Positions 13,091 to 25,763 of a stretch of DNA of 64,000 nt are shown here, one piece after another (the first letter of the stretch is position 1; the number at the start of each line of letters is the position of its first letter). The position numbers and the translations under genes are program-made. The DNA is from Raja brachyura (lineage: Eukaryota), in contig OY740800.1 of the NCBI GenBank assembly GCA_963514005.1, positions 9,982,001 to 10,046,000 of the forward strand, read 5' to 3'. The notes below the pieces were generated by a model. It was not told the DNA's origin, made no database searches, and was given only the letters and a program-made list of their open reading frames with translations.

Positions 13091-13348
13091 AGGTCCTGTC
13101 CCACTTTCATGAGTAAAAAGTTGCAATTTCTTTCATCCCAACCATTTTTTTACTCGTGGACATTTTTTATCGGGCTGGAAAAAAAGTCCCGACTTACCTG
13201 ATGCCACGAGTACCTATGGCTAGCATAACGAGCCACTACGCTATATCTACGAACTCCTACGGACTCGTTACGAACATTCTGCGAGTTTGAATCAAGGGGA
13301 AAATTCGGGAGAATTTGTGAATCATCTCGTGATAGTGGGACAGGCTCT
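13091..13348. mobile_element. PIF/Harbinger-type MITE
   Basis: TIRs aggtcctgtcccactttcatgag / ctcgtgatagtgggacaggctct, flanked by taa (13088-13090) and gaa (13349-13351). Inserted in CR1. Confidence 0.8.
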
Positions 13349-13649
13349 GAAGGATGCTGCCATTTACTGTATACTTTCTGACCTCCCAAAAATGCATCAC
13401 CTCAAACCTGTCCAGATTAAATTCCAGCCGCCATTTCTCCACCCAAAATTCCAACTAATCTTTTGACATTCTTCCTCGTTCTCCACAAATCCAACTATTC
13501 TCATGTGATCTGCAGATTTTCTAATTTGACCACCCACATTTTCATCCAAATCGTTAATATATTACAAATGGCAGCCCCAGCAATGATCCTTGCTGAACAC
13601 CCCTGGTCACAGCCCGCCTTCAATTGCAAGTAAATCCTGTCCCTAAAAA

Positions 13650-13840
13650 TGTGTAAGAAGGAACTGCAGATGCAGGTATAAACCGAAGATAGACACTTCA
13701 GTTTTTTTGTTTTTTCCCCATTATGTACTATATTTACATATTCACATATTCTGTTGTGCTGCAGCAAGTAAGAATTTCATTGTCTTGTCCGGGACACATG
13801 ACAATAAAACACTCTTGACTTGACTCTTGACTCTCTTGAC
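13650..13840. mobile_element. Penelope terminal-repeat fragment (-) joined to a Rex1/Babar 3' tail (+)
   Basis: gaaggaactgcagatgc..gaagatagacac, then gaatttcattgtc..gacaataaaacactc(ttgac)n. Confidence 0.65.
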
Positions 13841-14024
13841 AAAGATCTCTGTCAAAGCTCCAGCAAGCTCCTTCCTAGCTTCCCTCCACATACTGGGACA
13901 ACATCCATCAGGCCCTGGGGACTTATCCACCTTAATGTGGCGATCAAGGCATCAAACACCGCCTCCTTAATAATCCAATGCATTGTCTAATTGAGATTCA
14001 TTGTCTTGGAGCTATTTTTCTTAT

Positions 14025-14082
14025 TTAGATTTTTTAGATTTGATTTAGATTTCGATTAGATTTAGATCTAGATCTAGATTTG
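14025..14082. repeat. (TTAGAT)-like microsatellite
   Basis: ttagatttttagatttgatttagatttcgattagatttagatctagatctagattt. Confidence 0.7.
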
Positions 14083-15099
14083 ATCATTCTCTCCCTATCA
14101 TAAATGAAATCAACTATCTAGAACCCAGTCACCACGAGTGGGTTTCAAGTATGAAATTAAAAGAAGACTTTGTTGGTTTGTTGAGAAAATGTTTTGTCAT
14201 TTTAAGAAACTTACCGACTTCTTTTAAAACTGGGATATTTATTTTATTGAAGATATGAATTGGAATTGTTATAAAATGGTTTGACTCTCCTCAGCATTTA
14301 CAATCTTATATGAAATCACTTGCTGTGGTGTGGGTCTGGCAGGGCTCAGGAGGAAGGACAAAAAAAGACAGGAGAAATATCATAAGCAAGCACTCCTTAG
14401 CAATTCAAAACATTTAGCTTATTCATCTATTTAGTTCCCTCAGTTTACTAATTTTAAATGTTTCTATTCTTTAATTACTTAACTAGAAAACCAATATTAC
14501 TATTGTCTGTAAGCCTTGGCTCTGATTTCAATTTTTTCAAGCCCCAGATGACACACGTTTGGCCAGCTCTAATTTGCTCCCAGCCATTAGCCACTGTTAT
14601 CTAACTCTTCTCTTTACCAACAATATTTTCCACAAAGTGTCCTTTATAGTGACTCAGTTGATGGGGACATTTGTTGCTCCTCTTCCTACCCCCAGACTCT
14701 CATTTTTATGAAAAGCTCACCCAGATATTTGGGTTAATTTATGTTTTTGTTTCATAATGTAAAAAGCATTTGAAAGGTCATAGACCCAAAACATTCACTC
14801 TTTCTCTCTGTAACGATGCTGCATGACATACGTTATTTAACCAGCATTTATTTTTCATTTTCACTTCCATTATGTAATCTGTACTATTTAACTGGAATAA
14901 TGAATAGTTTAGCAAATTAAAATTGAATCTCTTTGACTCTTTGTTCAGCCTTTGCCTTCTTTTTAATGGAATATATTTTTCCTGACCAGGGAAACACACA
15001 GGAATCTGGTCCTGGGCTTCTGTTAACACATTCTTCATTGTCCACTTCCTGCTCAACTTCATCTTCTTCAGGTCCACTCGAGGGGTCATGACTTACTTC

Positions 15100-15720
15100 C
15101 ATTCCGTTTCTGTGGAGTGCTTGTTGAGCCTAATGTGGGAACTCTGCCATAGATGAAGCATAAGTGGTTGTTGTGGAGAAGCACTAATACTGCCCTGGGC
15201 TTTGTAGAAACCACGAATGTGGTGCCTCTTCAGTTTTTAGATGGTCAGAGTCTATAAAGTATAGGAATGTGGAGATCACTATTGTCCTATTGGCCTGTTG
15301 CTCCTGGTGTGATCAATAGACCATTAACTTAGTCCCAGATATTTAGATCCTGTTCTTTAATCATTATTTCTTCAGTTGGCCATGATTAGTGGTGGTGTAT
15401 TGGAAGCGGAGGTGAATTTCATCATCCATGTCTGCTTTCTACAAGCGATGGCTCTTGTGATATGGAAAAGAATCCACATTTTCCAGGGATCTTTATTGTG
15501 AACAAATGGTTTTGTGCAGAATGATCAAGTGCTGGAGAGCCTTTGTTTCACAGATGTTTAGTGTAAGTCTCATTTTTTGTTAAATGAGTCAATGATGACT
15601 TGGAAGTTAGCCACTATATGTGCACATAAGCAAGTATTATCTCTGTAACTGTAGTTGGGCTCTGGTGTGAAGGCAACAATGGTTAAATTGTTTCCATTCA
15701 TCCTGAAAATATCTTCATCT
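15100..15720 (-). mobile_element. Degraded RTE (BovB-like) LINE fragment
   Basis: Minus-strand relic peptide LENVDSFPY..KADMDDEIHLRFQ, typical of the RTE RT thumb region. Confidence 0.65.
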
Positions 15721-15842
15721 TATTTTGCAACCTGGGGGGAAGTTCTGTCGACCATCTGAGAAGAGGGAAAAGGAGGGAAAGAGTTCACATTTCGGGGGGG
15801 TCAGGTCTGGAGAATGTTAGAGCAAAAATAGATTTAATGCGC

Positions 15843-16115
15843 AGTGGCACAATAACACAGTTAGTAGAGCTGCTGTCTCAGCGTTGGAGGCCTGGGTTTG
15901 ATCCTGACCTTGGGTGCTATTTGTGTGGAGTTTGCACGTTCGCCCTCTTACCGCATAGGTTACCTTCGGGCGCTCCCATTTCCTCCTATCTTCCAAAGGC
16001 ATGCCGGTTTGTCGGTTAATTGGCCTCTGCAAATTGCCCCTGGTGTGATCAGTGGTCAGCATGGACTCTGTGGACCGAAGGACCTGTTTACATGCTGCAT
16101 GTATCAATCGACAAA
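15843..16115 (+). mobile_element. V-SINE (HE1-like)
   Basis: tRNA head, gggtttgatcc B box, gtgtggagtttgcacgttc core. Confidence 0.85.
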
Positions 16116-16249
16116 ACAATATGGGAGAAAAGGAGAGAATACTGGCAGGAAATTTACTGGCAGGGAAATAAAACAAAAAAATGGAAATGCTCCCTCTCAG
16201 AAATTGTTGAAATCAGTGTTGCGTTCAGAAGTTTGTAAAAGTCCTTGTT

Positions 16250-16552
16250 TAGACTTTTGACTTAAGAGATAGAGCACAGAAACAGGACCTTTCGCCCGCC
16301 AAGTCTGCGTCAACCAACGATCCCCGTACACTAACACTATCGTACACACTTGGGACGATGTATGCATTTTTTACCAAAGCCAATTTACCTGTAAACATGT
16401 ACTTCTTTAGAGTGTGGGAGGAAACCGGAGAACCTTGAGAAAACGCATGCGGTCACAGGGAGAACGTACAAACTCCATACATACAGCACCTGCAGTCAGG
16501 ATTGAACCCGTGTCGCTGGCGCTGTGAGGCGGAAACTCCACTACACCGCTAC
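16250..16552 (-). mobile_element. V-SINE (HE1-like)
   Basis: Reverse-complement core gggagaacgtacaaactccatac and B box ggattgaaccc. Confidence 0.85.
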
Positions 16553-16624
16553 ATTGTTCTTCATGGCGTTCCCCCATGCCGGCTCCCCATTATCTTCCCC
16601 TCCCCTTCACGCTCATTGACCGCG

Positions 16625-16755
16625 AGGCCCCATTGCCACCGAGGCTCCTGCTACCGCCAACGCACTCGCAGCCGCCGCCAAGGCACCCGCAGCCGCCGCC
16701 GAGTTTCCTATTGCCGCCGCCGAGGCTCCCATCGCCGCCACTGCCGAGGCTCCTT
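16625..16755. repeat. GC-rich degenerate minisatellite (gccgccgccgaggctccc-like units)
   Basis: Several ~18-21-nt imperfect units. These explain the Pro/Arg-rich spurious ORFs. Confidence 0.6.
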
Positions 16756-17090
16756 CGGCCCAGTCAGGCCTCGCCGCCCGGCTTCACCGCAATCCCCTGG
16801 GAGGCCTGTGGGGCGAGTCGGGCCTGTCGGGGCACGTTCCGGTCTTCAGTTGTCGACATGCAAGGTATCCTTTTAAAACCGCCCCCACATTTCTTTATCC
16901 GGATGGACATTTGAGTGACATGCAATAAATCATTCGAAACATTAATTATTTTTCTTCACTAATGCCATTCGTGTTTTGGTTCACATTTCAAACAAATCTT
17001 TGTGATAATTTCTCTATTAATTGATTCATATTACAATAAAATTAAAGCTTGTCAAACTTCGCAGTGAACAGTAAATTTCTTTTTTTTTAG

Positions 17091-17195
17091 GATAATAACG
17101 AACTTTCAGCTGAGAAAGCAACACGACAGAATGAGAACTGTGACTCCAGTTCTGATACATGTATCGACAATCAAGAAACAGGTGAATCAGAGTAG
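17091..17195 (+). CDS. Probable last coding exon of the SMIM29/C3orf18-like gene
   Basis: Strong acceptor tttcttttttttttag. Phase 0 is compatible with the preceding exon, and the frame is open: DNNELSAEKATRQNENCDSSSDTCIDNQETGESE*. No homology recognised for this tail. Confidence 0.6.
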   Translation, partial: DNNELSAEKATRQNENCDSSSDTCIDNQETGESE

Positions 17196-17334
17196 TCCAA
17201 TTTTAAACTAGTATTCACGTATAAAAAATACTGCATGAGTACCTATTTAACAAAGATACAATCATTTTCTGCTTGTTTAATATACTAAATCTTGATGCAG
17301 GGAATATCAACCTGCCCTCCTCGTTGCAATATAA

Positions 17335-17600
17335 CTATAACCATATAACAATTACAGCACGGAACAGGCCTTCTCGGCCCTTCCAGTCCGTGCTGACCAT
17401 TTATTTTCCCCTAGCCCCATCTACCTGCACTCAGACCATACCCCTCCATTCCCTTCCCGTCCATATACCTATCCACTATAGTTTAAAATGTTAAAATCGA
17501 TCCTGCCTCCACCACTTCTGCAGGAAGATCATTCCACACAGCCACCACTCTCTGAGTAAAGAAGTTCCCCCTCATGTTACCCCTAAACTTCTGTCCCTTA
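17335..17600 (-). mobile_element. CR1 (HER1-like) 3' end
   Basis: cagcacggaacaggccttctcggccc ... ccacacagccaccactctctgagtaaagaagttcccc. Confidence 0.75.
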
Positions 17601-18829
17601 TGATATCAGTGGTCTCTTGAAAATGTGAAATATTGACTGGGTATGCAAAAGGATCTAGAAAGTACTAGCCCCATGGCTTCACAATTAATCAGGAACGTTT
17701 GTAGAACTTGATGCAAAAGCTGCCATGACTGCTGTTAAATGACCCACAGCTCCAGATTTATTTATGGAGTTGCATAAAGTTGGGAAAGAGCAGAAACAAG
17801 GAGGCAAATCATAATTGAGAGGGTAGATAAAGATGAAAAGGCTGTTACGAACAATGGGTAGGGTGCAAGACATAAGGAGGAGGAGGTAGTCAAAGGAGAA
17901 GAGGTATTGGAAGAAGAAAATGAAAGTCAAGAACTGCAGCTGGATGCGAGGCTGGATAGGAAAGATTGGGAAGGTAAAGGGAGTTAAAGGTCGAAGAGCA
18001 TGCTTGAGAGATGATTAACTGATCAGACAATGGGTGTATTGGGAGATGAAGTGAAACGAGTAAATGGAAGGTTAGGAAGTGGTTTAGGAGATTAATTGAT
18101 TCAGCTTCGTGAGGAAAACAAAAAGTGGGGATGAAGAAGTGGCTATGAATGAGACAAAGTGGATGGAATAATTTGGGCCAAAGAGCAAAACCTTATGGAA
18201 AGTAAGAAGAAACAGTTGGCCTAATGCCTTGCTTAGTGGGATATATGGGAAGGCAAATGCTTGGTTGAGGCTAAGTTTAATAAAGTAGGGAAAAGACGGA
18301 TGAAGATTTGTAGAATATAGATGGCGTGGGCAATGCTTACAACAAAGCTGCATACTTGAAATGTTTGGTGCAAGTAGCTAAACTGTTAATGTTGAGCCCT
18401 GGATAGGACATTGAAGGACATGGAACAAAATGCAATGTAAAGAAACATAATCCTGAAAGAGGCTAATATGGATGTCAAAGAACTAAATTATGGTGGAAAT
18501 ACAATCATTTTCTTTAAGCTGCTGTGCTGGTAGATCATTGTGCTAAGTGTGGAGAAACATCAATGGACGTTTGCAATGACGGATGGACCAAACATAGCCA
18601 CAAGAGTGGGACTGCTGGTAGTAATCAAAATAAATAGATATGAAATTTAAAAAATATTAAAAAATAAAAACAAGACCATGGAATGAGAAGGTATCCCTGC
18701 TTAAATGTTATATCTCAGGAGGAAGGAACTTCAATCACAAATCCAGAACGTCATTCTACACATTTGGTTTGAAAAGAATATGTTCAGGGACTCGGGGATG
18801 TCATAATTGTGACCATCTTTAAGATGCAT

Positions 18830-19595
18830 TAAAATATTTTCAAATGTTTCCCCCATCTGTGATAAATGTCTAACTCAAAATGCCACTATAGCACATTCCT
18901 TTGTCTCTTGTACAAAACTGCATAAATTTTGGAGTGAATTTTTTGGAATTTTTACAAAACTATTTAACACAAAATTGAACCCCAATACAGAACTGATTAT
19001 CTTTGGATCAATGGAAGAGGGAAGTAAACTAACTATATTCCAAGAAGCTTTTCTTAATTACGGTTTAATAACAGCAAAAAAACGTATCCTCAAATTTTGG
19101 AAAAACGCAACCACGCCAACCTTCAAAATGTGGATGTCAAATATGTCGGAAACGCTACATCTTGAAGAAATGAGATTCCTCCTAATAGGCAAAGTACACC
19201 AATTCTTAAAGACTTGGTCTCCATTTATCAAATTTTTACAAGTAGATGGTGCAACATAACATAACCTTAGAAATTAAATGGTTTAGAACCGGGTGACGGA
19301 TGGGCAAAAATACGAAATAGGTAGATCTCTCCTAATCTCTCTTTTCTTTACTTTCTCCTTTTTTTTTCAATCTTTTTAGCTTCTCATCTCTGTCCTTTAT
19401 TTATTTTGCTATCTGTTTCTACTCACTTGTCTATCTATTCCCGCACTCTTCATTTATTTTTTCACTCACTGTTCTTTTATTATTAAATCAAAAATACGAA
19501 GTTGTACAAGAATGAAAATATGTATGTATGTATTAGGTACTCAAGTACCACACTATTATACTTACTTCTAACAAAAATAAACAAAAACAAAAAAA
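18830..19595 (+). mobile_element. 5'-truncated L1/Tx1-clade LINE with A-rich tail and 15-bp TSD
   Basis: C-terminal CCHC-like CDKC..AHSFVSC..FW, ORF 18975-19259, and an A-rich tail. TSD atctttaagatgcat at 18815-18829 and 19596-19610. Confidence 0.85.
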
Positions 19596-20054
19596 ATCTT
19601 TAAGATGCATCTTTAAAATATATCTAACTGTAGTAGTATCTTCAAAGCAGTCTGTCTGTTCCCTGCTGCAATAAATGTAACCAGACTGCTGGTTCACAAC
19701 TACTTCTTCCCAGTGACTGAAGATCTACTCCCTGAATCAGTGTGGATTCCATCCATCTAAAGGGCATTAGATATAATCATCACTTGTGTGATAACTCCAG
19801 GGGAAATGAAGGGAGCGGCATGACCCACTATATCATTTTTTTTCAGACGCTCTAAAATAATTTGATTCTTTCAGAATTTAACTGACAAGGATTGTTTGGG
19901 AGAAGTAAGAACAATGAAGTTTTTAAAAAAAACTTATAGGGCACTGCATTGCATTTAATATTGGTTAGTGGGAATTAAGTTTAATGCAACTTCCAGATTG
20001 AAATGGAGTGGCTCCATGAATCTGCAATGTTAGTGTTACATTGTGGGGAGTGAC

Positions 20055-21861
20055 AAACAAAATGAAAATAGCAAAAGTAATACCATTATATAAAACTGGG
20101 GATAGACACCATTTCACAAATTACAGGCCTGTTTCTTTACTCTCCCAATTCTCCAAGATACTTGAAAAACTTTTTACAGAAAGACTTGACAATTTCATTG
20201 AAAAACATAAGCTTTTGGTCGACAGTCAATATGGATTCCAGACAGACAGATCAACATCTAGGGCACTAATGGAACTAATCGAGGAAATCACAAATTGCAT
20301 AGATAATAAAAAACTTGCAATGGGAATATTCATAGACTTAAAAAAAGCATATGATACCGTAAATCACGACATTTTATTCATGAAACTGGATAGGTATGGC
20401 ATCGGAGGGGTTGGATTGGATTGGATTGGGTGAGAAGCTATTTAAGAAACTGGCATCAATTTGTAGAAATAGGTGAACACAAATCAACTTACATGAACAT
20501 AACTTGTGGAGTACCTCAAGGGTCTGTGTTAGGGCCAAAGCTTTTCATAATAAACATTAACGACATATGCAGAGTATCAAATATACTGAAATTTTTAATA
20601 TTTGCCGATGATACGAATATTTTTTGTTCCGGTGACAATTTGAAGCAGCTTTTGGAGGTCATCACATCAGAGATGAATAAATTAAAACAGTGGTTTGATG
20701 TCAACAAATTGTCTCTAAATTTAAGCAAAACAAAGATTATGCTATTTGGAAAACATAAACCAAACCCTCATGTACAATTGAAAATAGATAACATAAGTAT
20801 AGAAAGAGTATATGAAAATAAATTTCTTGGTGTGATCTTCACAAAATCTACTGGAAACCACATGTAAACCACGTCAAAGCAAAACTGGCAAAGTCTGTAG
20901 TAATATTGTGAAAATCAAGACACATTCTGGAGCACAAATCATTACCTACTCTGTATAATACACTCATATTGTCATATCTGAGTTATTGTGTGGAGATATG
21001 GGGTAACACCTACAAAACCAACCTACAGCCATTATGTACATTACAAGAAAGAGCAATAAGAATTATCAATAATGTTGGATATCTTGAACATACCAATTTA
21101 TTATTTTTAAAGCCACATACACTGAAGTTCACCGATCTGGTTAAATTTAAGACTGCACAAAGCATGTACAAAGCAAGAAATAATTTACTTCCAGGAAATA
21201 TACAGAAAATGTTTATGGAAAGACAGGGTGGGTATAATTTGAGAGGGGAACATAATTTAAAAGAAACTCAATGTCAGAACAACTCTTAAAAGTATGTGCA
21301 CAGCAATCTGTGGGGTGAATTTGTGGAATGGTCTGGAACAGGAGATAAAACTTAGCACAAACATAATTCAGTTTAAAAAGATGTACAAAAACACTTTTTT
21401 TAAAGGATATTGGGATGAGGATAGGTGATTGTGAGTGGGATATTTGTTATGCTGATTGTATTGGGAAGGGTGATTATAGGGTGATGGGTTGTATATATGA
21501 CTGAGATACTGTATAGTTTATGAGGGTTTTTTCTTTTCTTTTTTCTTTTTTTCTCTCTTTTTTTGTATGGCTTTGTAAATATTTGATTAGTGTATAAATG
21601 TAAATAATTTGGTGTACATATAGCTACTGGTGTACATATAGCTCCTAAATTTGTATAAGATAATTATAAGCAGTTGAATAAGAGGTGGGAATTAATAAGC
21701 TTTGGCTTCTTCCCACTCCTTTTCTGAAACATACGATTTCATTTATTTATAGATATTTTTTCTGACACTTTATAAATATTCTTGTTTTGTTCTTTGTTTG
21801 CTGTTTCACACTTGCTTTTTATTCTTTTATTCTGTTTGAAATAAAGAATTAAATAAATAAA
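20055..21861 (+). mobile_element. AT-rich non-LTR retrotransposon (L2 group, Crack/Daphne-like), frameshifted RT + 3'UTR
   Basis: KIAKVIPLYK..NYRPVSLL, FIDLKKAYDTVNH, GVPQGSVLGP, FADDT, YCVEIWG, and a (TAAA)n tail. The clade call is tentative. Confidence 0.85.
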
Positions 21862-21864
21862 CAT

Positions 21865-22215
21865 ATGCCCGCAACGAAATATATAAAGTTCTCATGAGTG
21901 TTGACAGGTAACAAAGGGGAGGATATTTCTTCTGGTTAAGGAGCGTAGAGTTAACAGTGAAATATGAAGACGAGTGGCAGGCCATTTAGGTCTGAAATTG
22001 GAAGGCATTTCTTTACTCACAGTGATGAGATTTTGGGATTAAGCATGACAGAGGGCTGTAGAGACTCAGACGTGAATTGCTTTGAAAACAGAGATCAAAA
22101 TAAGAGATGTGGGGAGAAAGCAGGAAAATAATGTTTGAGGCATTCAACATTTTTAAATGGCAGAGAAGGTTTATGGAGCCAAATGATCCACCCTTCTTGT
22201 TTTATGTTCTTGTGG
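21865..22215 (+). mobile_element. Old CR1 3' fragment
   Basis: Degenerate CR1 3' motifs (aggccatttaggtctgaaattggaaggcatttctttactcac). Confidence 0.6.
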
Positions 22216-25200
22216 TCTTGCCATGAGATTTAAAGTGGTTTCATTAAATATTTTTGTTACTGCATTGGACGACATAACTAAGGACAAAAAACGATATCAT
22301 GACCTGCATTAGTGCCAAATCACAAAGTAGCAAGTGTTAGGAATGTCATTAAAAGTTTAAATAATAAATAAAACTGATTAAGTCTCCCTTTACATTTCTT
22401 TTGATTAACCATAATAAATACCATTTTAGAAATAATTTTCTCATGTGACAAATATGTTGTCAAATACTGTATATCCTGATGTACAGAAGTTTTGAGGAAT
22501 ATAGTTATTTTATCTAAATGAAGCGAGATCAATGAGAAAGTAGAACAAGTGATTATATTATAATATAGAAATCACTCATTGTAGTGTTGTTGTGCTTGAC
22601 ATTAAAGGCTTATGGTGCCTAAACAGCAATTACATTTCACTTTTATTAGTTCTTTCCTTTTGCAATATGCCATCCAGAGTAAAACATTTTTTATTAAAAA
22701 TATTAAACTTTTCATGTGACTCTGTATTCATTCAGTGAGTGGCTGAGTCATACTTACTCTCTGTATTGTGATCTTTAAATTAACTATGGGCACTAGGAAT
22801 GCCGTCATTGCCTTCCACTATTGCACTAGATACCTCAATACCTGCAGCTCGCTGATTAGCTTTTAGCCACCCCTTGCTTCCTTAAGAATATGGGTTTTTT
22901 TCTGGATCTTGGGTGACATCAGCATTGGACTCTGCTAAGATGACACTATGGCCAACTATTTTGCCAACACACGTCGTTGGTTACACATGAACAGTAACCA
23001 CTTTGTCGCACAGGACGTTGATTAGCAGCTTTCAAACTGTCGGGTAATGTGAGTAAAGATGCTACATGAAAAACTCTGTGTGTGGATATATGCAAAATTA
23101 CATATTTATAATAAGTTACATTCCACAGGTGCACTGAAGGAAACATCGATTGAGAATGGACATTGATACACAGATATATGAAGTCACCACATGGCAGAAT
23201 TAAACCGCTGGAAGATGAATTATTTTTACAACTATTTTTGAACTAATTTTCTGATCGTGGCACTGTTTTTGTTGCAAAGCTGGATCTTTCAACAATATAT
23301 TTGTAAATTGACTAGAAATGGAATGAAGTAAAGAAGGTTAATTGTGTTTGTTTTTGTTTGTGAATTTATCTTTCTATATGTGTGCATTCTTATTACTTCA
23401 GGAAGATCTTTGACAGCTTGGTGAAAGTTCTTTAGGTGGAGTGGAGTGTCCATGGATGTATCATGAAGCCTTTTGAGTACCTTAAATGAATATTTGTGCA
23501 TGAATATACACATATCTGAAACTGGTAATGTTTTGGTATTGTAATTAATGATGAATTCATCAATCCTTTTCTGTAAGAGGACAAACAGAATATGATTTGT
23601 TTTTAATTAGGGCTACAATGCAAAATGATGGTTTGGATATTTATTAAGGTATAAATTAATTTCAAGTCTTTTGCTCCTTTCATTGAATTGCACACATTGC
23701 AAATTTCAAAAGAACGTGACAAAAATGTCTTGCTGCATGCTTCTCTACAGGGATGCACAATGATATTTATGCTACTCCACTTTGCAAAGTGATGGTGTAT
23801 TTGTAATGTCACTACATGTGCCTTTGTGGAGAGAAGATACATTGCATGCCACAAGAACGTCCTTATTGTATGGAAATTAAAATATTCAAAGGTCACATAC
23901 GCGTGGTGTATACCGAAACTGTATCTTATTGAATCATGTTAACATGTTTTCTTGAGCACTGAGGAAACACATTAAATGTAAGGTGATAGTGTGGGTGGGT
24001 TTGGTAATTCTTGGTGGCTATTATTGGTTAACACATTAATTGTTCAGGTTGGATCACTTATTACCACATCAAATGTAATTGAAATCAATAAAGATGTTTC
24101 AGACAAGTTGCCATGTGTGGTTTTATGCTAATAATAGCAATAACTGAATGGAAATTGATATTTTGGGACCATTTCTACTGATATTAAACTATAGAAAGAA
24201 GCACTCAGCTATATTGTCGACCTCTGTAACAAGCTGTTTGAGCACAGCCTCGGATGAAAATACAACATTCCAGTTGTGCTCACAGACTAAAAGAGGAAGT
24301 CACCTAGAGCTAAGCTGTGGTCTCTTCTGATACGTAAGTGTTTGTCTAGTAAATAAGATTTCAGCATGTGTAAGATATTTCCAGTCATTTATTTACCCTA
24401 TATTCATTGTGTGGCCTCTTTGATGAGGTAGTGAAGGGTATCCATTGGTCACAGAGCAATCAATTGAACCAAAGAAATTCAACCTGATGCTAGTCTGTGC
24501 ATGATGTATGTGACCAGATATGTCAAGTGAATTTTAAGACTTGGAAGTTGACCTTTATCGAAGAAACCATAAATACTAAAGCGCATGACTCCCGAGAGAG
24601 GTTTTCCTTTCAAATGTGAAGAGGAGAAAATAAAGTGCTGTTGGGTAAGGGATCGTGGAGAGGGAGAATATCACTTTGTTGTCAGCTTGTGCATTTGTGC
24701 ACATTGTTTCAAATGGTCCACCTCTCCCATTTCAATCATTCATGTCAAGATATGAACAATCCAGCTAATAATTCTGAATGTCAAGATACACGTTGTCCCT
24801 GGGTAATGAATGGGTTCCATGTGTACAGACATTAATAATTAGATTTTGTCCATAATTCAGAACGTGCACAAAAATCATTTGATATAGTAACTCTACCTAC
24901 ATAATATTGCAATGAATAGCATTAAAAACACATAAGACTGATAGGAAAGAACAATTACTCAAAGTGGGAAGGGGAGGGGGGGAGGGGGGGGGGGGACTAA
25001 TTCTGCCAATCATAGGAATAAAACATATGTACGGAAGCCACACTTTTGAATGTAACAATATCATGGGATTTTATTTGTATGGAGGAGTGTCCATTAGTCG
25101 GGTATCTGTAACCTGAGATGCCCTTTATGCACAAAGATCTTGACGTTTGGTCACCAGCTTTTATCATTTTTGTCTTAATGTAATATCACATGGTGCAGAA

Positions 25201-25560
25201 GAATAGCAGGATATTCAGCTCAACAGGCAGACGTCCAGCTATGTTTCATCTATGTGTGCCTTTTTCAACACTGCTTAATATAACAAAGGAGCATATTCTC
25301 ATATTCCTTTATCCATCAGATCTTCCCTGCATACCTCTTAAATGTACTTATGTTATTCGTCTAAAAAAACTACAAATACTGAGTCTTATATTTGCATCTT
25401 TGCATTTTTATTTGAATCATAAGGTGATTCTTATGAATTATTTATTGGTAAATGTCTTTTATTTACAGCCTATTATATTGATCTACTCCACTGGTGGAAG
25501 TTTTTCTATGTGAGTCTTACCAAACACCGACAGTATCTCTATCAGAACATCTCTCTCTGG

Positions 25561-25763
25561 TAGACAAAAGTGCTGGAGAAACTCAGCGGGTGTGGCAGCA
25601 ACTATGGAGTGAAGGAAATAGGCACCGTTTCAGGCCGAAAACCAATGGGTTTCAGCCCGAAACATTGCCTATTTCCTTTGCTCCATAGATGCTGCCGCCT
25701 CCGCTGAGTTTCTCCAGCACTTTTGTCTACCTTCGATTTTCCAGCATCTGCAGTTCCTTCTTT
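25561..25763. mobile_element. Hairpin insertion made of two inverted Penelope terminal-repeat copies, 15-bp TSD
   Basis: Arms ~25559-25641 and ~25649-25731. TSD aacatctctctctgg at 25546-25560 and 25764-25778. Confidence 0.85.

Larger units (their letters stand above)
12105..13960 (-). mobile_element. Fragmented CR1 (HER1-like) LINE hosting nested insertions
   Basis: 3' tail atagaacatagaac near 12105. Minus-strand peptides WVEKWRLEFNLDRFEVMHF and DKSPGPDG..PSMWREARKELAGALTEIF. Confidence 0.85.

Noticed and set aside
14917-15102. Acidic minus-strand ORF (GPEEDEVEQEVDNEE)
   Set aside because: Adjacent to a decayed RTE fragment, with no supporting exon chain or homology.
16502-16914. Arg-rich (protamine-like) and Pro-rich ORFs
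   Set aside because: They arise from a GC-rich minisatellite next to a SINE, with no gene structure.
24148-24330. ORF MEIDILGPFLLILNYRKK resembling the SMIM29 TM start (VLGPFFLI)
   Set aside because: The hydrophobic stretch is too short for a TM helix and lies downstream of the exon it would have to precede. Probably coincidence.
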